Assembly (NCBI GenBank): GCA_965221125.1
Contig: CBDCRW010000005.1
Span: 192,001-256,000, forward strand
Reading direction: 5' to 3'
From: Alphaproteobacteria bacterium
Lineage (GTDB): Bacteria; Pseudomonadota; Alphaproteobacteria; UBA828
Length of the DNA: 64,000 bases
Of this stretch, positions 28,850 to 38,717 are shown piece after piece. The notes under the pieces were generated by a model that searched no databases, was not told the DNA's origin, and was given only the letters and a program-made list of their open reading frames with translations. Made by a program: the position numbers and the translations under genes. Positions within the stretch are counted from its first letter, which is position 1; every line of letters starts with the position of its first letter.

Positions 28850-29638
28850 TCAGCTCTCGGCCGCTTCCGGCTGCAATGCGTCCTGCGGCCCGCCGCCCTC
28901 GCCCGGCAGGCACGGATCGGCGGGGCCGGACTCCGCCGGCGCGGCCGGCTCGGCGTCGGGGGCGGCCGGCGGCGCGGCATCGTCGACGGGCGGGGCGGCC
29001 GGCTGCGCGTCTTCGACCGGCAGCACGGGCGCTGCGGCGGCTTCGGCGGCAGCCTCGGCTGCGGCTGCCTCGGCTGCGGCAGCGGCGGCGGCCTTTTCTT
29101 CCCGAGCCGCCGCCCGCTCGGCCTTGGCGCGCGCCTTGCGCACCGCGTCGAGAAGCTCCGCCTCGGTACAGATGCCCAGCAGGATCGGATCCTGCGGCGT
29201 GATGTTCTGCGTGTTCCAGTGGGTGCGCTCGCGCACCGCGGTAATCGTGGCCTTGGTGGTGCCGAGCAGCTTGCCGATCTGCGCGTCGCTCAGCTCGTCG
29301 TAGTTCTTGAGCAGCCAGGCGATGGCGTTGGGCCGATCCTGCCGCTTGCTGACCGGCGTGTAGCGGGCGCGCCGGGTGCGCTGGGGCACCTCCGCGACCG
29401 GGGCGATAGCCTCCAGCCTGAGCGCCGAATCCTGCTCGCAGCGCTGCAGCTCCTCGCGGGTGACCTGCCCGTTCGCGACCGGATCGAGGCCGCGGATGCC
29501 GACGGCGACCTCCCCGTCCGCGATGCCCTGCACCTCGAGCGGATGAAGGCCGCAGAACGCCGCGATCTGATCGAAGGTGAGCGTGGTGTTGTCGATCAGC
29601 CATACGGCCGTGGCCTTGGGCATCAGCAATTCGGCCAT
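28850..29638 (-). CDS. trcR: DUF1013 family cell-cycle transcription regulator
   Basis: LMPKATAVWLIDNT.LTF.QIA.FC.LH.LEV, RYTPVSKRQDRP, RTHWN. Confidence 0.88.
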   Translation of the reverse strand: MAELLMPKATAVWLIDNTTLTFDQIAAFCGLHPLEVQGIADGEVAVGIRGLDPVANGQVTREELQRCEQDSALRLEAIAPVAEVPQRTRRARYTPVSKRQDRPNAIAWLLKNYDELSDAQIGKLLGTTKATITAVRERTHWNTQNITPQDPILLGICTEAELLDAVRKARAKAERAAAREEKAAAAAAAEAAAAEAAAEAAAAPVLPVEDAQPAAPPVDDAAPPAAPDAEPAAPAESGPADPCLPGEGGGPQDALQPEAAES

Positions 29639-29769
29639 CTTGTTCGTTCCTTCCCCTGCCGCCCGCGCGCGAACGCGCCGCAACCGGCGGGACCGCTTTC
29701 GGGCGCGCGTGAAACGGTCGGTATATCGCCTTGATGTGGGGAGCGCAAAGCCGCAGTTCACCCGAACCT

Positions 29770-30777
29770 TTACCGGGCGTCGCTCTCCAGCAGGATCTTG
29801 CCGATGTGCCGGCCGGCCTCCATGCGGGCGTGCGCCGCCGCCGCCTCTTCCAGCGGCAGGCGGGTGTCGATGACGGGCCGGACCAGCCCGGATTCGACGA
29901 GCGGCCAGACCTGCGCCTCCAGCGCGGCCGCGATGCGGGCCTTGCTGTCGACGCTTTGCGGCCGGAGCGTGGAGCCCACGATGGAGAGGCGCTTCCGCAT
30001 GAGCGCGAAGAGGTCGATCCGGGATTTCGACGCCTCCTGGACGGCGATCTGGGCCAGCCGGCCCTCGGGGCGCAACGCCGCGAGGTTGCGCTGCAGGTAG
30101 CTGCCGCCGACGATGTCGAGCACGACGTCGACCCCCTCGCCCCCGGTCAACGCCTTGACCACGGTGACGAAATCCTCGTCCCGGTAGTCGATCGCCCGCT
30201 CGGCGCCGAGCCGCTCGCAGGCGGCGCATTTCTCGGGCGAGCCGGCGGTGGCGAAGACGCGAACGCCGAGCGCAGAGGCCAACTGGATCGCGGTCGTGCC
30301 GATGCCGCTGCTGCCGCCGTGGACGAGCAGGCGCTCGCCGGCGCGCAGCCGGGCGCGCTCGAAGGCGTTGGTCCAGACGGTGAAGCAGGTCTCGGGCAGG
30401 CCGGCGGCATCCGTCACCGAGAGCCCCGCCGGCACCGGGAGCGTCTGCGTCTCGGGCGCCACGCAGTATTCGGCGTAGCCGCCGCCGTGGGTGAGCGCGC
30501 AGACGGCAGCGCCCACCTCGTAGCGGCGCGCGCCCGGCCCGTTCGCGACCACGCGGCCGGAGACCTCGAGGCCCGGAAGATCGGACGCGCCGGGCGGCGG
30601 CGGATAGAGGCCCTGGCGCTGCATCGTGTCCGGCCGATTGACGCCGGCCGCCGCCACCTCGATCAGCACCTCGCCGAGGGCGGGCTCGGGCAGCGGGCGG
30701 CGCGCTGGGCGCAGCACCTCGGGCCCGCCGGGCTCGGTGATCTCGATCGCGGTCATTTCTGCCGGCAGTTGCACCAT
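29770..30777 (-). CDS. NAD(P)H-quinone oxidoreductase (PIG3-like)
   Basis: GVNRPD..QR.G.YPPP, HGGSSGIGTTAIQ, HIGKI. Confidence 0.92.
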   Translation of the reverse strand: MVQLPAEMTAIEITEPGGPEVLRPARRPLPEPALGEVLIEVAAAGVNRPDTMQRQGLYPPPPGASDLPGLEVSGRVVANGPGARRYEVGAAVCALTHGGGYAEYCVAPETQTLPVPAGLSVTDAAGLPETCFTVWTNAFERARLRAGERLLVHGGSSGIGTTAIQLASALGVRVFATAGSPEKCAACERLGAERAIDYRDEDFVTVVKALTGGEGVDVVLDIVGGSYLQRNLAALRPEGRLAQIAVQEASKSRIDLFALMRKRLSIVGSTLRPQSVDSKARIAAALEAQVWPLVESGLVRPVIDTRLPLEEAAAAHARMEAGRHIGKILLESDAR

Positions 30778-30844
30778 GATTCCTCCAAAGGCATTGCGCG
30801 CGCGACTATACTCAAGCCGGCCCGGCCGGCGCAGGAGAAATGGG

Positions 30845-31030
30845 ATGGACGAGGAACCGATCCGCATCCCGCGTGAGCAGGAATGGTCCCCGCGCGTGCT
30901 CGACGACATGTCGGTAGACGCGCTCAACGCCTACGCCGGCCAGCTCGAGGAGGAGCTGGAGCGGGTGCGCGGCGCCATCGCGGCGAAGTCGGACTACCTG
31001 AGCAAGGCGGACTCGCTGTTCAAGAGCTAG
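30845..31030 (+). CDS. DUF1192 family small coiled-coil protein
   Basis: L..MSV..L......L..E..R.......K......A..LFK pattern, divergent from the quinone oxidoreductase. Confidence 0.75.
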   Translation: MDEEPIRIPREQEWSPRVLDDMSVDALNAYAGQLEEELERVRGAIAAKSDYLSKADSLFKS

Positions 31031-31745
31031 AGTCGCTCCCGTCCTGCAGAGAGCGGATGGCCGCGAGCCCGACCGGGGCGCCGTCGTACTCCGCCATCGC
31101 ATCGAGCAGCGCGCCCCAGAGGTAGACCGCCGACGCCACGTCGGTGATCAGGTCGAAGGCCGGCACCGCGCCGATGTCCCTCCGGATCACGATGACGTTG
31201 AGGCGGGCGACGTTGGTCTGCGCGATGTCGCCGGGCGCGAACGCCTGCGGCCTGAGGTCGACCGCACAGACCTTGGCGAGCATGGGGGGCGCATGCGCGC
31301 CGGTGAGCAGCAGCCAGCAGCTCGTCTCGTCGCGGGCGACACGGTAGCAGCCGTCGGCCTCCGCCATGCTCCAGGCCGCATCCAGGGTTTCGATCAGGGC
31401 GCCTTCGCCTGTGCGGCCGGCGAGCACCAGGGCTTCGCCGGGCGCGAGCCGGGCGATGCGCGTGCCGTCGGGCTGGGGATAGGCGCGGTTGCTCGCCTCG
31501 CCCATCTCGGCGCCGGCGCTGCTGAGCCAGGGAGCGATGGTCCAGCCCTTGAAGCCGATGCGCGGGAACGGCGTGAGGTCGGCGAGGCCGAGCAATTCCG
31601 CCTGCGCCGCCTCGTCGGCGGCGTCTCGCCCGAAGTCCCGCGCGATCGCGAAGCCGTTCACGGCCTCGAAGCGCGCGCCGTGCCCCTCCAGCGCGCGGTA
31701 GAGGGGCGAGCGGCGGGTCTGCTCCGCAGGCGTCGTCACGGTCAC
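31020..31745 (-). CDS. Sarcosine oxidase gamma-like subunit (MgdD-like)
   Basis: GTGA overlap with alpha subunit; LADLT..PRIGFKG, AKVCAVDLR, YLW.ALLDAM.E. Confidence 0.8.
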   Translation of the reverse strand: MTVTTPAEQTRRSPLYRALEGHGARFEAVNGFAIARDFGRDAADEAAQAELLGLADLTPFPRIGFKGWTIAPWLSSAGAEMGEASNRAYPQPDGTRIARLAPGEALVLAGRTGEGALIETLDAAWSMAEADGCYRVARDETSCWLLLTGAHAPPMLAKVCAVDLRPQAFAPGDIAQTNVARLNVIVIRRDIGAVPAFDLITDVASAVYLWGALLDAMAEYDGAPVGLAAIRSLQDGSDSSS

Positions 31746-34651
31746 AGCTCCTGCCGCGCGCCGTCGGGGTCGAAGAAGGGGAGCTTCGCCACCGTGGCGT
31801 CCACCATGCGGGCACCGTCCACCCTGATCTCGATGCGGGTGCCGGGCTCGCTTTGATCGGGCGCCACGTAGGCGAGGCCGACGATCTTGTCGAGGTTGGG
31901 CGAGTAGGCGACCGAGGTGACCCGCCCGGTGATCTCGTCCCCTCGGATCACCAGGTGGCATTCCTTCGGCTGCTCGACGCCGACGCCCGGCATCTCGAAG
32001 CCCACCAGCTTGCGGGTGAGTCCCTTCGCGGCCTGCATCCGCACCGAGCGGATGCCGACGTGAAAGGGCTTCTTCTTGGCGAGCGCCCAGGCCATGTCAG
32101 CCTCGTGGGGCGTGGTGAGGCCGTCGGTGTCCTGGCCGATGATGATGTGGCCCTTCTCCAGCCTGAGCAGCCGCTGCGCTTCGACGCCGAAGGGGCGGAT
32201 GCCGTGCTCCCTGCCGGCGTCGGCCAGCGCGTCCCAGAGCGCCTCGCCCTGGCTCGCCGGCACGTGCAGCTCGTAGCCGAGCTCGCCGACGAAGCCCACG
32301 CGAAGGAAGAGCGTGGGGATGCCGGCGACGTGGCCCTCGCGCACGCCCATGTAGGGAAAACCTTCCGGCGAGAGGTCGACATCGTCGCAGAGCTGCTCCA
32401 GCACCGCGCGGCAGTTGGGGCCCGCGATGTTGACGCCGGCCAGCGCCGCGGTGACGTTGGTGACATCGACCTTGAGCCGCCACTGGGCGTTGTACCAGAG
32501 CATCTCGCGGTAGACGTTGTCGACGCCCGACGTCGTCGCCGTGACGTAGAAGTGGTCCTCGTGCAGGCGGCAGGCGACGCCATCGTCCACCACAACGCCG
32601 CCGAGGTCGGTCATCAGCACGTAGCGCGAGCGGCCCACCGGCTGCTTGAGGTAGGCGAAGGTGTACATGCGGTTCATGAACTCGGCCGCGTCCGGCCCGC
32701 GCACATCGAGCCCGCCGAGGGTGGAGACATCGATGATGCCCACGTTGTCGCGGACGTTCTTGGCCTCCTCGCGGATCAGCACCTGGCGCCGGGCCTTGTC
32801 GCCGTAGAACTCGGGCCGGAGCCAGAGGCCCGCCGGCATCATGGTGGCGCCGGCCTCCAGGTGGCGGAAGTGCATCGCGGTGTAGCGCACCGGCTCGAAG
32901 CTGCGGCCCGCGAGATGGCCCATGGTGACCGGCACGATGGGCTGGCGCACCGTGGTGACGCCGGTCTCGTCGACGCTCCGCGACTTGGCGCGCGCGAGGA
33001 CTCGCACCGCGTTCAGCGAGGAGTGCCGGCCCTGCGAGGGGCCCATGCCGTTGGTGGTGAAGCGCTTGAGCAGCTCGACGTGGTCGTAGCCCTCGGCGAT
33101 GGCGTCTTCCAGGTCGTGGACCTGCACGTCCTCGTCGAGATCGACGAAGGCCTTGTGGTCGGGGTGCGGGAAGATCGGCCACGCGGCTTTCGATCCCGCC
33201 GGCGCCGCCTCGGCGGGCGCGGCGGGCTCGGGCCCTGCGTCGAGGCACGCGCACTGTGCCGCCTGCCAGCCGGCCCGGCGGCCCTCCGCCATCGCCGCAT
33301 CGAGGCCGGACGCGCCGGCCACCGCGCCCGCGGCGAAGACATCCGGGGGAAGGTCCGCGACGGTGGTCGCGCGGCGCGCGCTGTCGTAGGCGAAGGTAGC
33401 GCCCGCCTGGCGCAGCAGCGCCGCCGCCGGCGCCTGGCCGCCGCTGACCACCAGCAGGTCGCAGCTGAAGCTGTCGACGGAGGGCGCGCAGACGCCGTCC
33501 GCCTCGATCCGGGCGACGCGCACGCGGGCGAGCCGGGGCCCCTTGCGCTGGGGCACGGCCTCCCACGGCGCGGATGCGGCGTGGATCGGCACGCGGCGCG
33601 CGGCCAGGGTGTCGCTCATCGCGGTGCGCTGCGCCTCCATGCGGAGGTCGACCACGGCCGCCACCTCGACGCCCGCGTCCAGGAGGTCGAGGGCCGCGCC
33701 GTAGCCCTCGTCGTTCACCGTGGCGACCACGGCGCGGCGGCCGGGCTTCACGCCGTACAGCTTGATGAGGCGCTGCGCGGCCGAGGCCAGCATGACGCCC
33801 GGCAGGTCGTTGTTGCGGAAGACCAGCGGCTGCTCGAGCGCGCCGGTGGCCACCACCAGCGCCTTGGCGCGGAGCTTGTAGAGGCGGTTGCCGCGCACCA
33901 GCGGCAGCCAGTTGTCGGCGTAGCGGCCGAGGCACGCGGTCCCGGTCATCACCGAGATGCGTTCGGAGCCCTCGACCTCGCCCACGAGCCGGGCGCGCTC
34001 CTCTGCCGCGCGGAGGCCGCCGGCGTCCGGGCGGCCGTAGAGAAGCCCGCCGCCGAGCGCCGCGTTCTCGTCCACGAGCACGACCTCGGCGCCGGCCTGC
34101 GCCGCCTGCGCCGCCGCCGCCAGCCCCGCCGCGCCGCCACCCACCACGAGCACGTCGCAGAAGAGGTACTGCTTGTCGAAGTAGCCGTGCGGAGCATGGG
34201 TATCGACGCTGCCGAGGCCGGCGATGCGGCGGATCATCTTCGCCCAGAGCGGCCAGGTCCAGCGCGGCTTGTAAAACGCCTTGTAGTAGAAGCCGACGGG
34301 GAAGAAGCGGTGCAGCAGGCCGAACACCGCAAGCCGGTCGTGCCTGAGCGTGCCCCAATAATTCTGGCCCATGACCTCCAGATCGGGCGCGAGCGGCTCG
34401 CGGTCGGCGAAGCGGTTGGGCGCGGGGCCCACCTGCACCAGCGTGTTCGCATCGAGGCCCGAGAGCGAGTGGATGCCGCGCGGGCGGTGATACTTGAAGG
34501 AGCGCGACAGCACCGGGACGTCGTTGGCCGCCAGTGCGCTCGCCACCGTGTCGCCGCGATAGCCCTCGTACCGCTTGCCCTCGAAGCGGAAGGCGATGGG
34601 CTGCGAACGGTCGAGAAGGAGGCCGGCGGGCTCCGGCAGGCGCGCCATCAT
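31742..34651 (-). CDS. Sarcosine oxidase alpha-like subunit (MgdC-like)
   Basis: GDTVASAL, RSFKYHRPRG, KRFTT.GMGPSQG, DVSTLG, LRLEKGH. Confidence 0.93.
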   Translation of the reverse strand: MMARLPEPAGLLLDRSQPIAFRFEGKRYEGYRGDTVASALAANDVPVLSRSFKYHRPRGIHSLSGLDANTLVQVGPAPNRFADREPLAPDLEVMGQNYWGTLRHDRLAVFGLLHRFFPVGFYYKAFYKPRWTWPLWAKMIRRIAGLGSVDTHAPHGYFDKQYLFCDVLVVGGGAAGLAAAAQAAQAGAEVVLVDENAALGGGLLYGRPDAGGLRAAEERARLVGEVEGSERISVMTGTACLGRYADNWLPLVRGNRLYKLRAKALVVATGALEQPLVFRNNDLPGVMLASAAQRLIKLYGVKPGRRAVVATVNDEGYGAALDLLDAGVEVAAVVDLRMEAQRTAMSDTLAARRVPIHAASAPWEAVPQRKGPRLARVRVARIEADGVCAPSVDSFSCDLLVVSGGQAPAAALLRQAGATFAYDSARRATTVADLPPDVFAAGAVAGASGLDAAMAEGRRAGWQAAQCACLDAGPEPAAPAEAAPAGSKAAWPIFPHPDHKAFVDLDEDVQVHDLEDAIAEGYDHVELLKRFTTNGMGPSQGRHSSLNAVRVLARAKSRSVDETGVTTVRQPIVPVTMGHLAGRSFEPVRYTAMHFRHLEAGATMMPAGLWLRPEFYGDKARRQVLIREEAKNVRDNVGIIDVSTLGGLDVRGPDAAEFMNRMYTFAYLKQPVGRSRYVLMTDLGGVVVDDGVACRLHEDHFYVTATTSGVDNVYREMLWYNAQWRLKVDVTNVTAALAGVNIAGPNCRAVLEQLCDDVDLSPEGFPYMGVREGHVAGIPTLFLRVGFVGELGYELHVPASQGEALWDALADAGREHGIRPFGVEAQRLLRLEKGHIIIGQDTDGLTTPHEADMAWALAKKKPFHVGIRSVRMQAAKGLTRKLVGFEMPGVGVEQPKECHLVIRGDEITGRVTSVAYSPNLDKIVGLAYVAPDQSEPGTRIEIRVDGARMVDATVAKLPFFDPDGARQEL

Positions 34652-35118
34652 GTGGCGGGATCCTTGGGCTCGCTGGGAGCACTATCGCTTGCGGGCTCTT
34701 CGGCGGCAGGCGCGGCCTCGACAGCCTGCGGCTGCGGCTCGGGGGCGGGCGGCGCCTCGGGCGCTTCGGGTGCGGCCTCCTTCGGCGGCTCGGGCCTGGC
34801 CTCGGCCGGCGCGGGCGTAGCCTCGGGCGGGGGCGCCAGCGGCTCGAAGTCGACGCGCTCGCCAAAAACCTCGCTGGCCGGATAGGTGGTCAAAATCTCG
34901 TCGGTCACCGTGTTGCGCTCGGCGATGAACCAGTAGGACGTGGCGACGTGGCACCACCACTCGCGCACCACGCCGGCCACGTTCTCCTCCAGCCACACAT
35001 ACGCCGCCCATTCTTCGTCCGAGCAGCGGTTGGGATCGGGATGCGGCTCGACCGGGCCGGCGCAGACGAACTCCTGGATGTTGCGCGGCCCGTTGAGCGG
35101 ACAGGGCATGATCTTCAT
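34648..35118 (-). CDS. Sarcosine oxidase delta-like subunit (MgdB-like) with Pro/Ala/Glu-rich tail
   Basis: CPLNGPRN..EF, EWWCH, ERNT.TDEI. Confidence 0.88.
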   Translation of the reverse strand: MKIMPCPLNGPRNIQEFVCAGPVEPHPDPNRCSDEEWAAYVWLEENVAGVVREWWCHVATSYWFIAERNTVTDEILTTYPASEVFGERVDFEPLAPPPEATPAPAEARPEPPKEAAPEAPEAPPAPEPQPQAVEAAPAAEEPASDSAPSEPKDPAT

Positions 35119-35133
35119 CGGCGCGCCCCTGCC

Positions 35134-36375
35134 CTAGTGCCCGACCGAGGCCGCGCCCTTCTCGCCCAGCAGCGAGAAGTCGCGGAAGCGATCGAGACGG
35201 AACGTCCTGATCAGCTCGGGCACGCGGCCGGTCGCGATCATCTCCGCCATGGTGGTGCCGCAGACCGGCGTCGCCTTGAAGCCCCAGGTGCCCCAGCCGG
35301 AATCGATGTAGTAGTTCTCGACCGGGGTGAGCCCCATGACCGGCGCGAAGTCCGGCGTCATGTCGGTCATCCCGGCCCACTGGCGCAGCACCGGCACGTC
35401 GCCCATGAAGGGGAAGAGCTCCAGGATGTGCGCCATCAGCCCTTCCATGAAGTCGAGCGTCGACGAGGTCTGGTAGCGCGGGTAGGGATCGGTGGCGCCC
35501 CCCATCACCAGCTCGCCCCGGTCCGACTGCGAGATGTAGACGTGCAGGCTGCCCGAGACGATGATCGGGTCGAGAAAGGGTTTTAAAGGCAGCGAGACGC
35601 AGGCCTGCAGCGGCACGGTGCGGATCGGCAGCGTGAAGCCGGCAAGCCGCGCGACCTGGCCGCTCAGCCCCGCCACCGCCTGCATCGCCTTGCCGCAGGC
35701 GACCGGCCCCCGCGTGGTCTCGAGCCCCGTGACGCGGCCGTTCTCGATCTTGATGCCCGTGACCTCGGTCTCCTGGTGGATCTCGACGCCAAGCTCCTGC
35801 GCGCGCCCGGCATAGCCCCAGGCGATGGCATCGTGGCGGGCCAGCGCGCCCGGCGGATGATAGAGCGCGCCGAGCACCGGGTGGCGGACGTCTTCAGACA
35901 TGTTGAGCAGCGGCACCAGCCGGGCCAGCTCCTCGCGCCCCACCACCTCGGAATCGACGCCGAGGTGCTTGTTCACCTCGGCCCGCCAGCGCGAGGTGCG
36001 CATGGCCGCGTCGGAATGCGCGAGGGTGAAGTGCCCGCGCTCGGAATAGAGGATGTTGTAGTCGAGCTCCTCGCTGAGGCCCCGGTAGAGCCGCATCGAT
36101 TCCTCGTAGAACCTGACCCCTTCCGGCGTCAGGTAGTTGGAGCGGATGATGGCGGTGTTGCGCCCGGTGTTGCCGCCACCGAGCCAGCCCTTGTCGAACA
36201 CGGCGACGTTGCGCACGCCGTGCCGCGCCGCGAGGTAGTAGGCGGCCGCGAGCCCGTGGCCGCCGCCGCCGATGATGGCGACGTCGTAGCTCGGCCTAAG
36301 CTCCGGCCGGGCGCCGAGGAAGCGCTTCACCGGCCGGCGCCGGGAGAGGCCGTATTTCAGGAGGCCGAACGCCAT
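35134..36375 (-). CDS. Sarcosine oxidase beta-like subunit (MgdA-like)
   Basis: GGGGHGLA.AYYLA, GGNTGRNT.IIRSNY, ARHDA, GWGTWGFKATP. Confidence 0.93.
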   Translation of the reverse strand: MAFGLLKYGLSRRRPVKRFLGARPELRPSYDVAIIGGGGHGLAAAYYLAARHGVRNVAVFDKGWLGGGNTGRNTAIIRSNYLTPEGVRFYEESMRLYRGLSEELDYNILYSERGHFTLAHSDAAMRTSRWRAEVNKHLGVDSEVVGREELARLVPLLNMSEDVRHPVLGALYHPPGALARHDAIAWGYAGRAQELGVEIHQETEVTGIKIENGRVTGLETTRGPVACGKAMQAVAGLSGQVARLAGFTLPIRTVPLQACVSLPLKPFLDPIIVSGSLHVYISQSDRGELVMGGATDPYPRYQTSSTLDFMEGLMAHILELFPFMGDVPVLRQWAGMTDMTPDFAPVMGLTPVENYYIDSGWGTWGFKATPVCGTTMAEMIATGRVPELIRTFRLDRFRDFSLLGEKGAASVGH

Positions 36376-36447
36376 GGTTCGCCGTCGTCGCTAAAATGCT
36401 CGCGGTTGATAGGCCGATTTGCGTGACGCGGCAAGAACTTGTCGTCG

Positions 36448-37410
36448 TTATTGGTCCGACCGCTCGGCCTCGTAGCGGGCGGCCTGCTCGCGCAGCCCCC
36501 GCGCGGTGCCGGCGTTGATGAGGACTAGGCTCAGCACCAGCACGGCGACCGCCGCCCACACCCAGTGGCTCAGCGCCGCGCCGAAGAAGATGCTGGCCCA
36601 GAAGATGCCGGCGGCGACGACGACGTAGTTGAGCTGCGCGAAGAAGAGCGCGCCGGCGCGGCGCACGATCTCGAAGAAGCAGCTGTAGGTGATCGCTTGG
36701 CCCGCCGTGGCCCAGAGCAGGCCCCAGAGGCCGGAGGACGCGGCGTCGGTCGGCAGGAAGAACGTCGCGCCTTCGGCGAGCATCACGACGAGCAGCAGGA
36801 GCGCCGCCGTGATCATCATGCCGCCGCAGAGCGCGAACGCGCTCACGCCCACCGGCGAGAAGCGCGCGCCCGCGACATTGTTCACCGCCGCGGACAGCGG
36901 CATCAGCAGCGAGAACAGCACCCACACCCAGGCGCCCGCGACCGGCAGGCTGCCCGTGGGCACGACGATGAGCAGGATGCCGCCGAAGCCGAGCAACACG
37001 CCGGCGACGCTGAGCCAGCGGAAGCGGTCGAATCGGAGCACGAGGGTGAGCGAGTACGTGGCCGCCGGGATCAGCGCGGCGCAGAGCGTGAGCACCGCCG
37101 GCGGCAGCCGGTCGGCAACGTAGGTGACGACGAGCAGGGGCCCGAGGAAGCCGAAGACCGCGACCAGCGCGAAGACGCGCAGGTTCTCGCGGCGGAGCGA
37201 CGGCAGCTTGGAGAAGACCGCGGACAGCGCCAGCGTGACCACGCCCGCGAACAGCGCCTGCCAGAACGAATACGCGATGAAGGGGAAGCCCGCGTCGATG
37301 GCGATCTTGTTGGCGGTGAACAGGCTGCCGTAGGAGATGCCGCCCAATAGCAGCAGCACCGTCGGCAGCAGGAGCTTGCTCTGGCGCAGGTCTTGGAGCG
37401 ACCAGCTCAT
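36448..37410 (-). CDS. DMT/EamA family transporter
   Basis: About 10 hydrophobic helices in two repeats. Confidence 0.8.
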   Translation of the reverse strand: MSWSLQDLRQSKLLLPTVLLLLGGISYGSLFTANKIAIDAGFPFIAYSFWQALFAGVVTLALSAVFSKLPSLRRENLRVFALVAVFGFLGPLLVVTYVADRLPPAVLTLCAALIPAATYSLTLVLRFDRFRWLSVAGVLLGFGGILLIVVPTGSLPVAGAWVWVLFSLLMPLSAAVNNVAGARFSPVGVSAFALCGGMMITAALLLLVVMLAEGATFFLPTDAASSGLWGLLWATAGQAITYSCFFEIVRRAGALFFAQLNYVVVAAGIFWASIFFGAALSHWVWAAVAVLVLSLVLINAGTARGLREQAARYEAERSDQ

Positions 37411-37535
37411 GGCCCAGGCTCGCGCACGGCAGCCCGGCGTGCGTTCCGATCCGGGAGGTGGGATGACATGAAGAGGCGGGACGGGGCGGCTCGCGCCGGC
37501 CGTTCAGCCCGTGCTCGCGAGCGAGGGCGGCGGCG

Positions 37536-37610
37536 TGGTGGGCGCTGATGGATTTGAACCATCGACCTCTTGCATGTCAAGCAAGCGCTCTCCCCCTGAG
37601 CTAAGCGCCC
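37536..37610 (-). tRNA. tRNA-Val(GAC)
   Basis: Minus strand GGGCGCTTAGCTCAGGGGGAGAGCG-CTTGC-TTGACAT-GCAAG-AGGTCGATGGTTCAAATCCATCAGCGCCCACCA; anticodon GAC, encoded CCA. Confidence 0.97.
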
Positions 37611-37705
37611 GTGCCGCGGTGCGCGAGATTGCCATCGTGCGCGCGGCGTTGGCAAGGCCGGGCGCACGGATGACAGGGCCGGCCTTTTGCTCTAAACCGC
37701 GAGGG

Positions 37706-38623
37706 ATGAGCCGAGGACGACCAAACGCCCGGCGACGCCGCGAGGAGCCCCCGCCGGAGGCCGTCAACGGGGTCATCGACGTCCGCCTGCCGCAGCACCA
37801 GACGGCGCCGCTCATCCTCGCCTCCCCTCACAGCGGCAACGATTACGACCCCGCGTTCATCGCGAGCTCCCGGCTCGACGAGAAGAGCCTGCGCCGCTCC
37901 GAGGACAGCTTCGTCGACGAGATCTTCGCGGGTGCGCCGGAGAGCGGCGCACCGCTCCTCTGCGCGCTCTACCCCCGCGCCTACCTGGACCCCAACCGCG
38001 AGCCTTACGAGCTCGACCCCGAGATGTTCTGCGAGCCGCTCCCGAGCCACGTGAAGACGCGCTCCGACCGGGTGCGCGCCGGCTTCGGCACCATCGCCCG
38101 CATGGTCGCCTCGGGCGCTGAGATATACGCCGGCAAGATGTCCTACGCCGAGGCCGAGCGGCGCATCGACACGCTCTACCGCCCCTATCACCGGGCGCTC
38201 GAAGGGCTGATCGAGGCGACGCTCAGGGACTTCGGCGCGGCCTTCCTGCTCGACTGCCACTCGATGCCCTCGGTGGGCGGGCCGACGGACCGGGACCGCG
38301 GCACGCCGCGCCCCGACATCGTGCTCGGCGACCGCTTCGGCGCCTCGTGCACGCCTTCCGTGGTCGAGGCGGCGGAGCGCATCCTGCGCGATCTGGGCTT
38401 CTCGGTGCGGCGCAACGAGCCCTACGCCGGCGCGTTTACCACCTCCCACTACGGCCAGCCGGGAAAACGCGTCCACGCGCTGCAGATCGAGGTCAACCGC
38501 CGCCTCTACATGAACGAGGCCACGGTCGCCCGCTCGCGCGACCTGCCCGGGCTGAGGCGCAAGATGACCGGCTTCATCGCCGCCATGGCGGAAGAGAGCC
38601 TCGCGCTGGTCGAGACGCTCTGA
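37706..38623 (+). CDS. N-formylglutamate amidohydrolase family
   Basis: SPHSG, RRSEDSFVD, D.NR.P.ELD, DCHSMPS, HALQIEVNR; start approximate. Confidence 0.9.
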   Translation: MSRGRPNARRRREEPPPEAVNGVIDVRLPQHQTAPLILASPHSGNDYDPAFIASSRLDEKSLRRSEDSFVDEIFAGAPESGAPLLCALYPRAYLDPNREPYELDPEMFCEPLPSHVKTRSDRVRAGFGTIARMVASGAEIYAGKMSYAEAERRIDTLYRPYHRALEGLIEATLRDFGAAFLLDCHSMPSVGGPTDRDRGTPRPDIVLGDRFGASCTPSVVEAAERILRDLGFSVRRNEPYAGAFTTSHYGQPGKRVHALQIEVNRRLYMNEATVARSRDLPGLRRKMTGFIAAMAEESLALVETL

Positions 38624-38717
38624 GCGTGCCACCCATCTGTTGAACGGGCACGATGCCTGGAATTATGATGGCCGCGCGGCGGCACGGGGCCGCCAGGCAA
38701 CTCGCAGGGAGCAGACC

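Noticed and set aside
31853-34885. Very long alternative-frame ORFs (e.g. 1010 aa here, also 14027-16300, 27614-29734, 6993-9302)
   Set aside because: Antisense or frame-shifted shadows of well-supported genes, expected in high-GC DNA; Arg/Ala/Gly-rich with no motifs
37536-37610. tRNA-Val as integration site of the zinc island
   Set aside because: No duplicated tRNA 3' end seen; the island begins about 6 kb away behind host-like genes
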